27,097 nucleotides of DNA. It comes from PVC group bacterium (lineage in GTDB: Bacteria > Auribacterota > Erginobacteria > Erginobacterales > Erginobacteraceae). This document shows positions 7,682 through 15,964 of this stretch, piece by piece. The translations under genes were made by a program, and so were the position numbers. Under the pieces are notes generated by a model. That model had not been told where the DNA came from, did no database searches, and saw only the letters and a list, made by a program, of their open reading frames with translations. Numbering within the stretch: the stretch's first letter is position 1; each line of letters starts with the position of its first letter. The stretch lies in assembly GCA_043804695.1 (NCBI GenBank), contig JAZDIV010000047.1, positions 1 through 27,097 on the forward strand. The letters run 5' to 3'.

Positions 7682-9043
7682 TCAGCTCTCAGTTTTTGAT
7701 TCAGTCTTGACGTCCGCCCGGATCTCCGGCAGCGGCATGCCCATCGTCTGCTCGAGTTTTGCCAGGGATATCCAGTGCGCGGCCAGGGCCTCCTGGAGCA
7801 TCAACCTGGCTTCCGAGAGGTTCAGTTCGGCGTCGGTCAGTTCCAGCGAGGTGCTGATGCCGTTTTCCCAGCGGATCCGGGCGATCCGGTAGGCCGCTTC
7901 GGCCTGTTCCACCGTTTCTCTCTGGGATTCAAATGCCTTCTGGGCGGCCCGGATGTCCAGGTAGGCCTGCTTGATGCCCAGAAGAACCGTCCGGGTCGCG
8001 TCTTCGGTATCGATTTTTGCCTGATGGTAGCGGGCGTTTGCTTCCTGTACCTTTCCGGGGGTCATCAAGCCGTCAAAGAGACTCCACTTCAGCGCGGCCC
8101 CCGCCAGCCACTCGAACTCGAACCGGTCTTCGGGGGGAAGCCCGCTCTGCGGCTGCTCTCCCTGGTAGGTGGCGAAGACGGAAAGACTGGGCTGGTACCC
8201 GGATCGGGAGGCCCGGAGATTCTGTTCCTGGAGCTGCTCCTGCAGAAGCACCTCTTTCAAAAGCGGCCGGTGCTCGCGACCGAGACGGTTAAGATCATCC
8301 AGGCCGGCCTGAAAAGGCTGGTAGGAAAGTTCCCCGGTGATATTGAAGTCACCGGCCGGGATACCCATCTCCCGGGAGAGGGAAGTCTTCAGGATGTCGA
8401 CGCGGTTCTCGGCCTGGATCAGGGGGGGGCGGGAGTTCGCCAGGCGGACCCGGGCGGTGATGAGGTCGAACTCCGAAGTTGTCCCCTGGTCGTATCTTTT
8501 TCGGGTTATCTCCAGGTAGTCCTCCATGTGAGCGACGGTATCGCGACGGACCCGGACGATCCCTTCCTGCAGAACGATGAGGTAGAAATTTTCCTTCACC
8601 CGGTATGTTACTTCGATGAGCGCTTCCTGAAAATATGCCTCGGCGTATTCGTTGTAAAGAGCGGCCGCTTTTATCCCCGCCAGGATCTGGCCGCCTTTAT
8701 ACAGGTTCTGCTCGATCGTGACGCCGGCGTTGTAGTTGTCGTGGAGGTTGAGAGGAAGGTCGCCCATCTCGGTCTCGTACGTCTGGATCCGGTCCAGGTA
8801 AGTGTAGCCGGCCTCCCCGGAAAGATGCGGGATCGCCTCGGAGAGAGCCTGGAGCTTACGACCTCCGGCGGCTTTGATCTCCTGGAGGGCCCTGAGGATG
8901 ATGGGGTTCTTTGCATAGGCCAGATCCAGGCAGTTGTCCAGTGAATATGGTCCGGCGGAGCCGTCCGGCTGCCCGTTGACTCCGCCCGGTACGGCCGGCA
9001 GGAGGGTGAAGAGAACCATCAGTGTAATGTGGCCGGCCCTCAT
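7682..9043 (-). CDS. TolC-family outer membrane efflux protein
   Basis: Signal peptide; SLDNCLDLAYAKNP; repeated OEP helices (RYDQGTTSEFDL, RWENGISTSLEL); WSLFDG. Confidence 0.93.
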   Translation of the reverse strand: MRAGHITLMVLFTLLPAVPGGVNGQPDGSAGPYSLDNCLDLAYAKNPIILRALQEIKAAGGRKLQALSEAIPHLSGEAGYTYLDRIQTYETEMGDLPLNLHDNYNAGVTIEQNLYKGGQILAGIKAAALYNEYAEAYFQEALIEVTYRVKENFYLIVLQEGIVRVRRDTVAHMEDYLEITRKRYDQGTTSEFDLITARVRLANSRPPLIQAENRVDILKTSLSREMGIPAGDFNITGELSYQPFQAGLDDLNRLGREHRPLLKEVLLQEQLQEQNLRASRSGYQPSLSVFATYQGEQPQSGLPPEDRFEFEWLAGAALKWSLFDGLMTPGKVQEANARYHQAKIDTEDATRTVLLGIKQAYLDIRAAQKAFESQRETVEQAEAAYRIARIRWENGISTSLELTDAELNLSEARLMLQEALAAHWISLAKLEQTMGMPLPEIRADVKTESKTES

Positions 9044-9050
9044 CTCGCCC

Positions 9051-9629
9051 CTAGGCTCCTATGCCCCGGATTAATGTCTCAATGATCTCTTCCGGGCGGG
9101 TAAGCGGGATTCGTTTCGTCCCCTTGAGGATCACCAGCATCTGGCCGTGGAGGACCCCCATCAGATGGAGACTCAGTTTCATCGGGTCGAGAGGACGAAA
9201 AATCCCGGCGTCAACCCCTTCCCGGAATATCCGGGCGACAATCTCGAGGCTGGCACGGCCGTATTCCTCGACGTCCACCTCGGGGGCGAAAGTGTCTCCG
9301 CGGTAAAAAGCCATCAGTGTCAACTTGACCTGTTCGGGATGGTTTCGACAGTGTTTCAGGTTGTATTCCGCCACCCGGATCAGCTTTTCCCGGGGAGGCT
9401 TCTTCTCCCCGGCGATGGCGGCGATCTCCCGGTTGAACCTCTCGAAGTTCTCCTCGATCAGAGCCCGGTACAGTTCTTCCTTGGAGGGAAAGTAGTAGTA
9501 GAGGGTGGGCTTGGTGACCCCGCTCTGCTCGACGATCTCCCGGGTGGAAGCCCCCGCGAAGCCCTTCTCGGTGAAGAGGCGGAGGGCGGCGTCCATGAGC
9601 CGCTGTTTGGTATCGGTCTGGTCTCTCAT
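9051..9629 (-). CDS. TetR/AcrR-family transcriptional regulator
   Basis: HTH signature AALRLFTEKGFAGASTREIVEQSGVTKPTLYYYFPSKEELY; first gene of the efflux operon. Confidence 0.96.
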   Translation of the reverse strand: MRDQTDTKQRLMDAALRLFTEKGFAGASTREIVEQSGVTKPTLYYYFPSKEELYRALIEENFERFNREIAAIAGEKKPPREKLIRVAEYNLKHCRNHPEQVKLTLMAFYRGDTFAPEVDVEEYGRASLEIVARIFREGVDAGIFRPLDPMKLSLHLMGVLHGQMLVILKGTKRIPLTRPEEIIETLIRGIGA

Positions 9630-9633
9630 TATA

Positions 9634-9653
9634 TATACCTACCGGTAGGTATA
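9634..9653. promoter_or_regulatory. Probable TetR operator
   Basis: Perfect 20-bp palindrome TATACCTACCGGTAGGTATA, 4 nt upstream of the tetR ATG. Confidence 0.75.
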
Positions 9654-9676
9654 CACCATCGCCATAGACCTGTCAA
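9648..9676 (-). promoter_or_regulatory. Putative sigma70 promoter of the efflux operon
   Basis: Minus strand TTGACA (9676-9671)-17 nt-TATACC (9653-9648); the -10 overlaps the operator. Confidence 0.55.
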
Positions 9677-9717
9677 ACTGAAAAGTCAGCGCCTCCGGCG
9701 CTGACTTTTCAGTTTGA
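9673..9717 (-). repeat. Long REP-like palindrome (family A variant)
   Basis: TCAAACTGAAAAGTCAGCGCC-tcc-GGCGCTGACTTTTCAGTTTGA, perfect 21-bp stem; central 25 bp is the exact reverse complement of 2630-2654. Confidence 0.9.
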
Positions 9718-9772
9718 TAACATCCGGATAGGTAATAAACAGGATAGGCGCCTGGTTTAAAAAGGGATATCA

Positions 9773-9952
9773 AGTTAGCGCCTCCGGCGCAACTCGGTTA
9801 CGGTTACGGTGACGATGCCCGTTTCGTCTATCGGTTACGGTTACGTTGGCTGAGCGTGACCGCCGTCACCCTTACCCTCACCGATACGGGCTTCGTTACC
9901 CTTACCGTTTTTGAAATTCCGGGGCAGGAACGTAGCGCCTCCGGCGCTAACT
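9773..9952. repeat. Composite repeat: two family A palindromes flanking hexamer arrays
   Basis: AGTTAGCGCCTCCGGCGCAACT (9773-9794) and TAGCGCCTCCGGCGCTAACT (9933-9952); interior of CGGTTA-like then TACCCT/CACCGA-like units. Confidence 0.75.
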
Positions 9953-9985
9953 ATTTATTGTGGCAACGTCCGGGGATTGAATTGA

Positions 9986-10810
9986 TTAGTCGATTATCCC
10001 GGCGTTTCTCTGTCCCCGGCCACTTTCTTGCTTCGCCGGGTGCTCGCCCTCGGGCTGGTCTTTCGAACGGTGGGAGGTATAGAGCCCGATCAGCCGGGCG
10101 ACCAGGATGGCCAGGTAGAGCTGGCCGGCCACCGATTCCAGGTTGGCGAAGACCATCGCCAGGTCGCTGTGGGGGACGATGTCGCCGTAGCCGACAGTGC
10201 AGAGCGTGGTAAAACTGAAATACTGGGCTTCGGCGAAACTGGCGATCCGCGCGCCCCCGTCCCGGATGATCGTCCCGGGCTCAAGGAACTCGAACAAACA
10301 GTACAGGAAGGCCCAGAGCAGCCCCAGCAGGAGGTAGGCCACGATCGCGCCGAAGATCTTGTTGACGGTGACCCGGGACCCCGAGAAGAGGTCCCGGATA
10401 ATCATGAAGATCAGGGAGAGGATGAGGAGGGTGTACCCGATCACGGCAATAAAGCTAAGCAGGTGGAGCCAGAACGCCTCCCCGGATAGATGGAACAGCC
10501 CCGCCGACCATAAATAAAGTTCTTCTTTGTTCCCCAGTACCGTGTAAAGCACGCTCTGTCCCAGATCCGCGATGAAGGCGATGATGATGGTTGCCCGGAT
10601 TCCCCATTTATAGAGAGGCTTGCGCGGGGCGACCCCCTCGGTGATCGTCACCTTGATGGCGGCCAGAAGGAAGAGCAGCAAAAAGACCGAGAGGACGAGA
10701 TTGTTGATGAGGTCGTTGTGGACATCAATGCATGGCATTACCACCATGATGGAGAGGAGGGCGATCAGGATTGCAAGGTAAGACCGAGTTTTGGCTGATT
10801 TCGAGAACAT
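9986..10810 (-). CDS. Potassium channel family protein (pore domain with N-terminal TM helices)
   Basis: YFSFTTLCTVGYGDIVP selectivity filter; ESVAGQLYLAILVARLIG. I moved the start to ATG 10810 because the ORF-track extension runs through a repeat. Confidence 0.88.
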   Translation of the reverse strand: MFSKSAKTRSYLAILIALLSIMVVMPCIDVHNDLINNLVLSVFLLLFLLAAIKVTITEGVAPRKPLYKWGIRATIIIAFIADLGQSVLYTVLGNKEELYLWSAGLFHLSGEAFWLHLLSFIAVIGYTLLILSLIFMIIRDLFSGSRVTVNKIFGAIVAYLLLGLLWAFLYCLFEFLEPGTIIRDGGARIASFAEAQYFSFTTLCTVGYGDIVPHSDLAMVFANLESVAGQLYLAILVARLIGLYTSHRSKDQPEGEHPAKQESGRGQRNAGIID

Positions 10811-10876
10811 GATGAGAATTCCGGCCGGCCCGGAGATTGATCTTATATCACGGCCGGAGAATGACCGTCCAACATA

Positions 10877-10899
10877 AATTAGCGCCTGTGGCGCTAATT
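10877..10899. repeat. REP-like palindrome (family A)
   Basis: AATTAGCGCC-tgt-GGCGCTAATT; AACATAAATTAGCGCC (10871-10886) is identical to 1256-1271. Confidence 0.85.
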
Positions 10900-11129
10900 C
10901 AAACAATTGTTTATTTCGCGCTGAAACACGATTGCTGAAGCTGTTGGGATCAGTTTTTATCCAGCGATTCAAGTCGGAAGAGTGATCCTGATCACGGTTT
11001 TAGGGGCACTTTTTTCTCAACAAACGACTTTGATTCGAGTATTATGTCTATTATGACCTGAACTGTTGGCTGAGATTATAAGGCTTTTTCCGGTGTTGCC
11101 TCGGTCAATTGATTTCAGTTTGACCGGCA

Positions 11130-11148
11130 GACCCGACGAAGTCGGGTC
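11130..11148 (+). repeat. Small GAA-loop hairpin
   Basis: GACCCGAC-gaa-GTCGGGTC. Confidence 0.7.
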
Positions 11149-11153
11149 CACTT

Positions 11154-11182
11154 TAAATTAGCGACCGAAGGGAGCTAATTTA
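11154..11182 (+). repeat. REP-like palindrome (family A) ending 2 nt before the pyk ATG
   Basis: TAAATTAGCgaCC-gaa-GGgaGCTAATTTA-TA-ATG; the mismatch creates an SD-like GGGAG. Confidence 0.8.
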
Positions 11183-11184
11183 TA

Positions 11185-12633
11185 ATGAAAAAGACCAAGA
11201 TTGTCTGCACGATCGGGCCCGCCTCGGATGCCCCGGACGTCATCGAAAAGCTGATCGAGGCGGGGATGGACGTGGCCCGGCTGAACTTCTCCCACGGCAC
11301 CCATCAGGAGCACGGAGCCAGGATCAGGCTGATCCGGGAGACCGCCCGGAGGCTGAACCGGCCGGTCGCCATCCTGACCGACATCGCCGGGCCGAAGATC
11401 CGGATCGGGAAGATCGCCGCCGGGACCGTGGAGCTGAAGACGGGACAGAACTTCATTCTGACCGCCCGGCCCGTGCCCGGAGACGCCGGCGAAGTGTCGG
11501 TCAACTACCGGGGCCTGCCGAAACTGGTCCGGAAGGGGGACCGGATCCTCCTCAGCGACGGGACGCTCGAGCTAGAGGTGATCTGCCGGTCGGCTGACCG
11601 GATCACCTGCCGGGTGATCACCGGCGGTTCCCTCAGCTCCCGCAAGGGCGTCAACCTCCCGACCCGCTCGACCGGGATACCGATCCTGACTGCGAAGGAC
11701 AAAAAAGATCTGACCTTCATCGCCGGACAGGATGTCGATTTTATCGGTCTCTCCTTTGTCCGGACGGCCGGCGAGGTGGAGAAGGTCAGGTCGATGCTGA
11801 AAAGGAGAAAGAGCGGGGCCGCTCTGGTGGCCAAGATCGAGAAACCCGAAGCCGTGGGGAACCTGGACGCGATCATCGGGGCGGCGGACGGGATCATGGT
11901 CGCCCGGGGAGACCTCGGAGTGGAGATCCCCTTCGCCGAGGTCCCGGTCCTGCAGAAGACGATCATCTCCAAGGCCCGGCGGGCGGGCAAGCCGGTGATC
12001 ACGGCGACCCAGATGATGGAGTCGATGGTCGAGAGCCCGCGCCCGACCCGGGCCGAGGTATCCGATGTGGCCGGCGCCATTTTTGACGGCACCGATGCCG
12101 TCATGCTTTCCGAAGAGACCGCCGCCGGCAAATACCCGGTCCGGGCGGTCCAGGCGATGGCCGGGATCGCCCGGGAGATTGATGCAGATCCCGTCTACCG
12201 GAGGTGGACTCGGGAATGGGTCGAAAGACTGATCGGCGAGGAAGGGGAACTGCCGGTCGAGGAGTCCGTCGCCCGCTCGGCCTGCTCCCTGGCCGAGGGG
12301 ATCGGGGCCGCCGGTATCGTCACCCACACCGCGAGCGGGAGCGCTGCCCGGAGGGTGGCCAAGTATCGCCCCCCCGTGTTGATCCTGGCCGTGACCTCCA
12401 GTCCCGCCGTCTGCCGGTCTCTCTCCCTGGTCTGGGGGGTGGTCCCGCTCCTGATCCCGCCGTCCGATGACTTCGAGGAGGTGGTCCGGCAGACAGCCGG
12501 CCTCTCCCTGAAATCGGGCCTGTTGAAGAAGGGGGATCTGGTCGTCGTTACCGCCGGGGTGCCGCTCGGCCACCCGGGGCACACCAATGTGGTCAGGGTG
12601 ATGACGGTGGGAGAGGGGTGGAAGACGTTTTGA
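11185..12633 (+). CDS. pyk: Pyruvate kinase
   Basis: KTKIVCTIGPAS, ARLNFSHG, AKIEK, IMVARGDLGVE, ATQMMESM, PTRAE, DGTDAVMLSEETA. Confidence 0.98.
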   Translation: MKKTKIVCTIGPASDAPDVIEKLIEAGMDVARLNFSHGTHQEHGARIRLIRETARRLNRPVAILTDIAGPKIRIGKIAAGTVELKTGQNFILTARPVPGDAGEVSVNYRGLPKLVRKGDRILLSDGTLELEVICRSADRITCRVITGGSLSSRKGVNLPTRSTGIPILTAKDKKDLTFIAGQDVDFIGLSFVRTAGEVEKVRSMLKRRKSGAALVAKIEKPEAVGNLDAIIGAADGIMVARGDLGVEIPFAEVPVLQKTIISKARRAGKPVITATQMMESMVESPRPTRAEVSDVAGAIFDGTDAVMLSEETAAGKYPVRAVQAMAGIAREIDADPVYRRWTREWVERLIGEEGELPVEESVARSACSLAEGIGAAGIVTHTASGSAARRVAKYRPPVLILAVTSSPAVCRSLSLVWGVVPLLIPPSDDFEEVVRQTAGLSLKSGLLKKGDLVVVTAGVPLGHPGHTNVVRVMTVGEGWKTF

Positions 12634-12637
12634 GGAG

Positions 12638-12769
12638 TCAGGGTTCAGGGTTCAGGGGGCAGGGGGAAGGAGAAGAATGGTAATCAGTGATCGGTAATCA
12701 GTGGGCGGGTAAACAGGTTACACTGATCACTGATCACCGATTACTGATCACCGATTACTGATTACCGAT
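12638..12769. repeat. Heptamer tandem arrays in inverted arrangement (STRR-like)
   Basis: TTCAGGG-like units, then GGTAATCAGTGATCGGTAATCAGTG (12679-12703), then 7 x YACYGAT (12721-12769). Confidence 0.85.
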
Positions 12770-12784
12770 ATAAAGGGGACAGAT

Positions 12785-13327
12785 ATGAAGAAGCCGCTGT
12801 TGACAGCACTGGTTGTATTGGTAACCCTGATGATCAGCACCGCCCCCCGGGCGGGGGATTTCCGGGAGGCGGACTGGGGGATGACCGTGAAAGAGGTCCG
12901 CGCAACCGAGAAAGACCTGCTCCCGATCGTGGATAACGACCCCGCCGCCGGAAGCAGCATGATCCTGGGATTGAAATATATCGGGACCCTGGGCGGTTCG
13001 CCGGCCATGATCAGCTATTTTTTCTCCCGGGGGAAACTGGTTCAGGGAGAGTATTACATCGAGTCGAACATCTTGAAGGACTCCGGCGGCACCTATCAGA
13101 CGATCAAGAGCACCCTCTACCAGAAATACGGAGATCCGGTCTCGGAGGTGGAGAGACGGTCGAACGATCTCTTCCGGATACCGATGGGATGGGTGGTGAA
13201 GTGGCGGACCGAGCGGACCGGGATCGTATTTTCGATCAAGAAGCCGGAAGGATCGATCACGCTGACCTATACCGACCGGACGTTTCAGGACATCAGCGTA
13301 CCGAAGACGCTTAGCCAGGAGTTGTAG
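12785..13327 (+). CDS. Exported hypothetical protein
   Basis: Sec signal peptide MKKPLLTALVVLVTLMISTAPRA; RBS-like AAAGGGGA; mature start GDFREADWGMTVKEV. Confidence 0.8.
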   Translation: MKKPLLTALVVLVTLMISTAPRAGDFREADWGMTVKEVRATEKDLLPIVDNDPAAGSSMILGLKYIGTLGGSPAMISYFFSRGKLVQGEYYIESNILKDSGGTYQTIKSTLYQKYGDPVSEVERRSNDLFRIPMGWVVKWRTERTGIVFSIKKPEGSITLTYTDRTFQDISVPKTLSQEL

Positions 13328-13348
13328 GCGTAGTTTACAATAACTGCC

Positions 13349-14026
13349 ATGCCTTTCTCCCAGATACTTATCTTCCTGCCGGTGCTGCTTTTCTCGGTGA
13401 TCATCCACGAATATGCCCACGGGTGGATGGCGCTCAGGTGCGGCGACCCGACCGCCCGCGACGCGGGCCGGCTGACGTTGAACCCGATCCCCCATATCGA
13501 CCCGTTCATGACGATTCTTTTGCCCCTTTTTCTGATCATATCGCATTCCGGCTTCATCATCGGGGGAGCAAAACCGGTCCCGGTCAACCCTTCCCTCTTC
13601 CGGAGAGGGGAGAAGGACGGTGTTCTGGTTGCGGCCTCCGGCGCCGCCGCCAATATACTCCTGGCGGTCTGCGCGTTTTTCCTTTCTCTGATTATAACGA
13701 TTATCTACAAGCTGACCGGCGGCTCGATCATCATCGCCGCCCTGCGGTTTTTTAACAGCGTCATTTTTCTTAATCTCGTTCTCGCCAATTTTAACCTTCT
13801 TCCGATCCCGCCTCTCGACGGTTCCCACATCCTGGCATATTTTTTGAAAGGAGAGGCTAAGTACGCCTATCTTCGGCTCTCGCGTTACGGTTTTATGATC
13901 CTGATCGGTGTCATTATTCTGGGTGATATGCTGCCGATCAGGGGAGGATTGTTCTCGCTCCTCCTGGCGCCGAGTATTTCCCTGATCGAGGCCGTGACCG
14001 GTGTGCAGCTGTCGTGGCTGACCTGA
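13349..14026 (+). CDS. Site-2 protease family (M50) membrane metalloprotease
   Basis: HEYAH zinc motif, GDPTARDAGRLTLNP, FNLLPIPPLDGSHI. Confidence 0.95.
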   Translation: MPFSQILIFLPVLLFSVIIHEYAHGWMALRCGDPTARDAGRLTLNPIPHIDPFMTILLPLFLIISHSGFIIGGAKPVPVNPSLFRRGEKDGVLVAASGAAANILLAVCAFFLSLIITIIYKLTGGSIIIAALRFFNSVIFLNLVLANFNLLPIPPLDGSHILAYFLKGEAKYAYLRLSRYGFMILIGVIILGDMLPIRGGLFSLLLAPSISLIEAVTGVQLSWLT

Positions 14027-14037
14027 GGTTAAGGGTG

Positions 14038-15762
14038 ATGAGAGGCGGCATGATCTGGTGTTGTCAGCCCGTTGATGAAGAGACGGCCCGTCGGCTGTCC
14101 GGGTCGCTGGGGGTGTCTCTCCCGCTCGCCCGTCTCCTGGTCCGGCGGGGGTATGAAGAAGAGGAGACCGCCCGCCGGTTTCTCTCCCCCCACCCGTCGC
14201 AACTGCGCGATCCCTACCTGATGGCGGACATGAAGAAGGCGGTGGCAAGGCTGGGGAGGGCCATCTCGGAAAAGGAGAAGGTCTTTATCTTCGGCGACTA
14301 CGATGTTGACGGGGTGACGTCGATCACCATCCTCTCCGCGCTGCTCGATGCCGCCGGCGTCCCCTACCGGGCTTATCAGCCCAACCGGCTCAAGGAGGGG
14401 TACGGCCTGAGCAGGGAAGGAGTGGACCGGGCCCTCGAGTACGGAGCCTCGCTTCTCTTTGCCCTCGACTGCGGCACGGAGGCGGGAGAAGAGATCGCCT
14501 ATGCCCGGAGCCGGGGCCTGGACGTGATCGTGATCGACCACCATACACAGAGGGGACCGCTGCCGGACGCCGCCGCCATCCTCAACCCCAACCGGGCCGA
14601 CTGCCCCTATCCCTTCAAGGGTTTGGCCGCGGTTGGCGTGGTCTTTAAATTTCTGCACGGCGGCCTAGCTGAATGGTCCGTTCCGGTGGACTGGGAACGC
14701 CTCTATCAGCTGGCCGCTCTCGGGACGGTGGCGGACGTGGCTCCTCTCGTGGACGAGAACCGGGTCCTGGTCGCCGCCGGCCTTCACTTCCTGGAAAGTA
14801 GGCCGGACCCTCCCCTGCGGGCGCTGCTGGAAGTTTCCGGCTTCACTTCCGGCCGGTTAACCGCGGGCCAGCTCGCTTTCCAGATTGCTCCCCGCCTTAA
14901 CGCCGCCGGGCGGATGGGAAGGGCCGAACTCGGGCGGCAGCTCCTGGCCGCCCGGGACCGGGGGGAGATGAGGAACCTGGCCGAACAGCTGAACCGGCTG
15001 AACGATGAACGCCGCTCTCTCCAGGCCGCGATACTCGACGAAGCCGGGGAGAAGATCGAAGCCGAGAGGGAAAAATATCTCGGGAGCGTGATCGTCGTCG
15101 AGGGAGAGGGGTGGAACAAGGGGATTGTCGGCATCGTCGCCGCCAAACTCCAGGAGAGGTACTACCGTCCGGTGGTGGTCATCGCCCTGGAAGGGGAGAG
15201 AGGGACCGGCTCCGCCCGCGGCATCCCCGGATTCAATCTCTTCGAGGCGGTCAGCCGCTGCGCGGAATACCTCACCGCCTTCGGCGGCCATCAGGCGGCG
15301 GCTGGAATCAGGATCGACCGGGAACGGATCGATGATTTCCGCAAAGCGCTGGACCGGGTCGCCGGTGTCATGCTGGGGAAGGAAAGTCCGGTGCCCGAAC
15401 TGGAAATTGATGCCGAGATCGAACTCGAGGAGGCTACCATCGAGCTGGCCGGCGAGCTGGACCGGCTGGAGCCCTTCGGGCACGGCAATCCCCGCCCGGT
15501 GTTCTGCAGCGTGACAAAGTCCATGGCGGGGTCCCCGTCGGTTATGGGGAAGAAGAACAACCATCTGAAGATCCGGCTTCTCGGTGAGGGAGGAACCTGG
15601 GAATGCGTGGGCTGGGAGATGGCCCCCCGGGTATCCGACCTTGATTCCGGCCCGATCGATATCGCCTACCAGATCAGGACGGACACGTTCCGTAGCCGGC
15701 CGCGGGTCCAGCTGGTCCTGAAAGATTTCCGGCAGTCGATGCCTGTTTCGGAATTTCAATAA
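14038..15762 (+). CDS. recJ: Single-stranded DNA exonuclease RecJ
   Basis: GDYDVDG, DCG, DHH, GTVADV, APRLNAAGR, GSAR, FGGHQAAAG, LEPFGHGNP; start uncertain (14014 GTG, 14038 ATG or 14050 ATG). Confidence 0.95.
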   Translation: MRGGMIWCCQPVDEETARRLSGSLGVSLPLARLLVRRGYEEEETARRFLSPHPSQLRDPYLMADMKKAVARLGRAISEKEKVFIFGDYDVDGVTSITILSALLDAAGVPYRAYQPNRLKEGYGLSREGVDRALEYGASLLFALDCGTEAGEEIAYARSRGLDVIVIDHHTQRGPLPDAAAILNPNRADCPYPFKGLAAVGVVFKFLHGGLAEWSVPVDWERLYQLAALGTVADVAPLVDENRVLVAAGLHFLESRPDPPLRALLEVSGFTSGRLTAGQLAFQIAPRLNAAGRMGRAELGRQLLAARDRGEMRNLAEQLNRLNDERRSLQAAILDEAGEKIEAEREKYLGSVIVVEGEGWNKGIVGIVAAKLQERYYRPVVVIALEGERGTGSARGIPGFNLFEAVSRCAEYLTAFGGHQAAAGIRIDRERIDDFRKALDRVAGVMLGKESPVPELEIDAEIELEEATIELAGELDRLEPFGHGNPRPVFCSVTKSMAGSPSVMGKKNNHLKIRLLGEGGTWECVGWEMAPRVSDLDSGPIDIAYQIRTDTFRSRPRVQLVLKDFRQSMPVSEFQ

Positions 15763-15796
15763 TCGGAAAAATCCGATTATTGAAATTTCGAAACAG
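15743..15796. repeat. 25-bp-stem hairpin spanning the recJ stop (terminator or MITE-like)
   Basis: CTGTTTCGGAATTTCAATAATCGGA-aaaa-TCCGATTATTGAAATTTCGAAACAG, one G-T mismatch. Confidence 0.8.
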
Positions 15797-15935
15797 ACGA
15801 AAAAGCAACTAAAATAACAATTTTCGATTTTGTTTTATGATAACTGGGACTTACCGTTTTGGCGTGAATAGTTGGATTGAAACTAATCAAAATAACGTAA
15901 ACAAACTTCTTTTATTGTAAGATAAAAGAACCCAC

Positions 15936-15962
15936 TAAATTAGCGCCGAAGGCGCTAATTTA
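15936..15962 (+). repeat. REP-like palindrome (family A, perfect) ending 2 nt before the tatD ATG
   Basis: TAAATTAGCGCC-gaa-GGCGCTAATTTA-TA-ATG. Confidence 0.9.
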
Positions 15963-15964
15963 TA

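Noticed and set aside
1582..9952. Integron-like system (tyrosine recombinase followed by palindrome-flanked genes; GTTAG/CTAAC motifs at 9774 and 9947)
   Set aside because: The recombinase looks like ordinary XerC with no IntI-specific insertion. The palindromes are too short and wrongly ordered for attC, and they also flank core genes.
9673..9952. CRISPR array from three nearby repeat copies
   Set aside because: Irregular spacing, non-identical repeats, low-complexity spacers and no cas genes.
11033..11061. Possible dif site (ATTA TGTCTA TTATG)
   Set aside because: Only the centre resembles dif; the XerD arm reads TTATGACCTGA instead of TTATGTTAAAT.
11181..11187. TATAAT/TACAAT/TAAAAT overlapping the ATG of pyk, tatD, dprA, exbD and tetR as -10 boxes of leaderless genes
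   Set aside because: A -10 box overlapping the ATG would put the transcription start inside the CDS; leaderless promoters sit about 7 nt upstream.
9986..12633. Functional link between the K+ channel and the divergent pyruvate kinase
   Set aside because: This Pyk has GPKIR (Lys at the rabbit Glu117 position), the signature of K+-independent enzymes, so adjacency is probably incidental.
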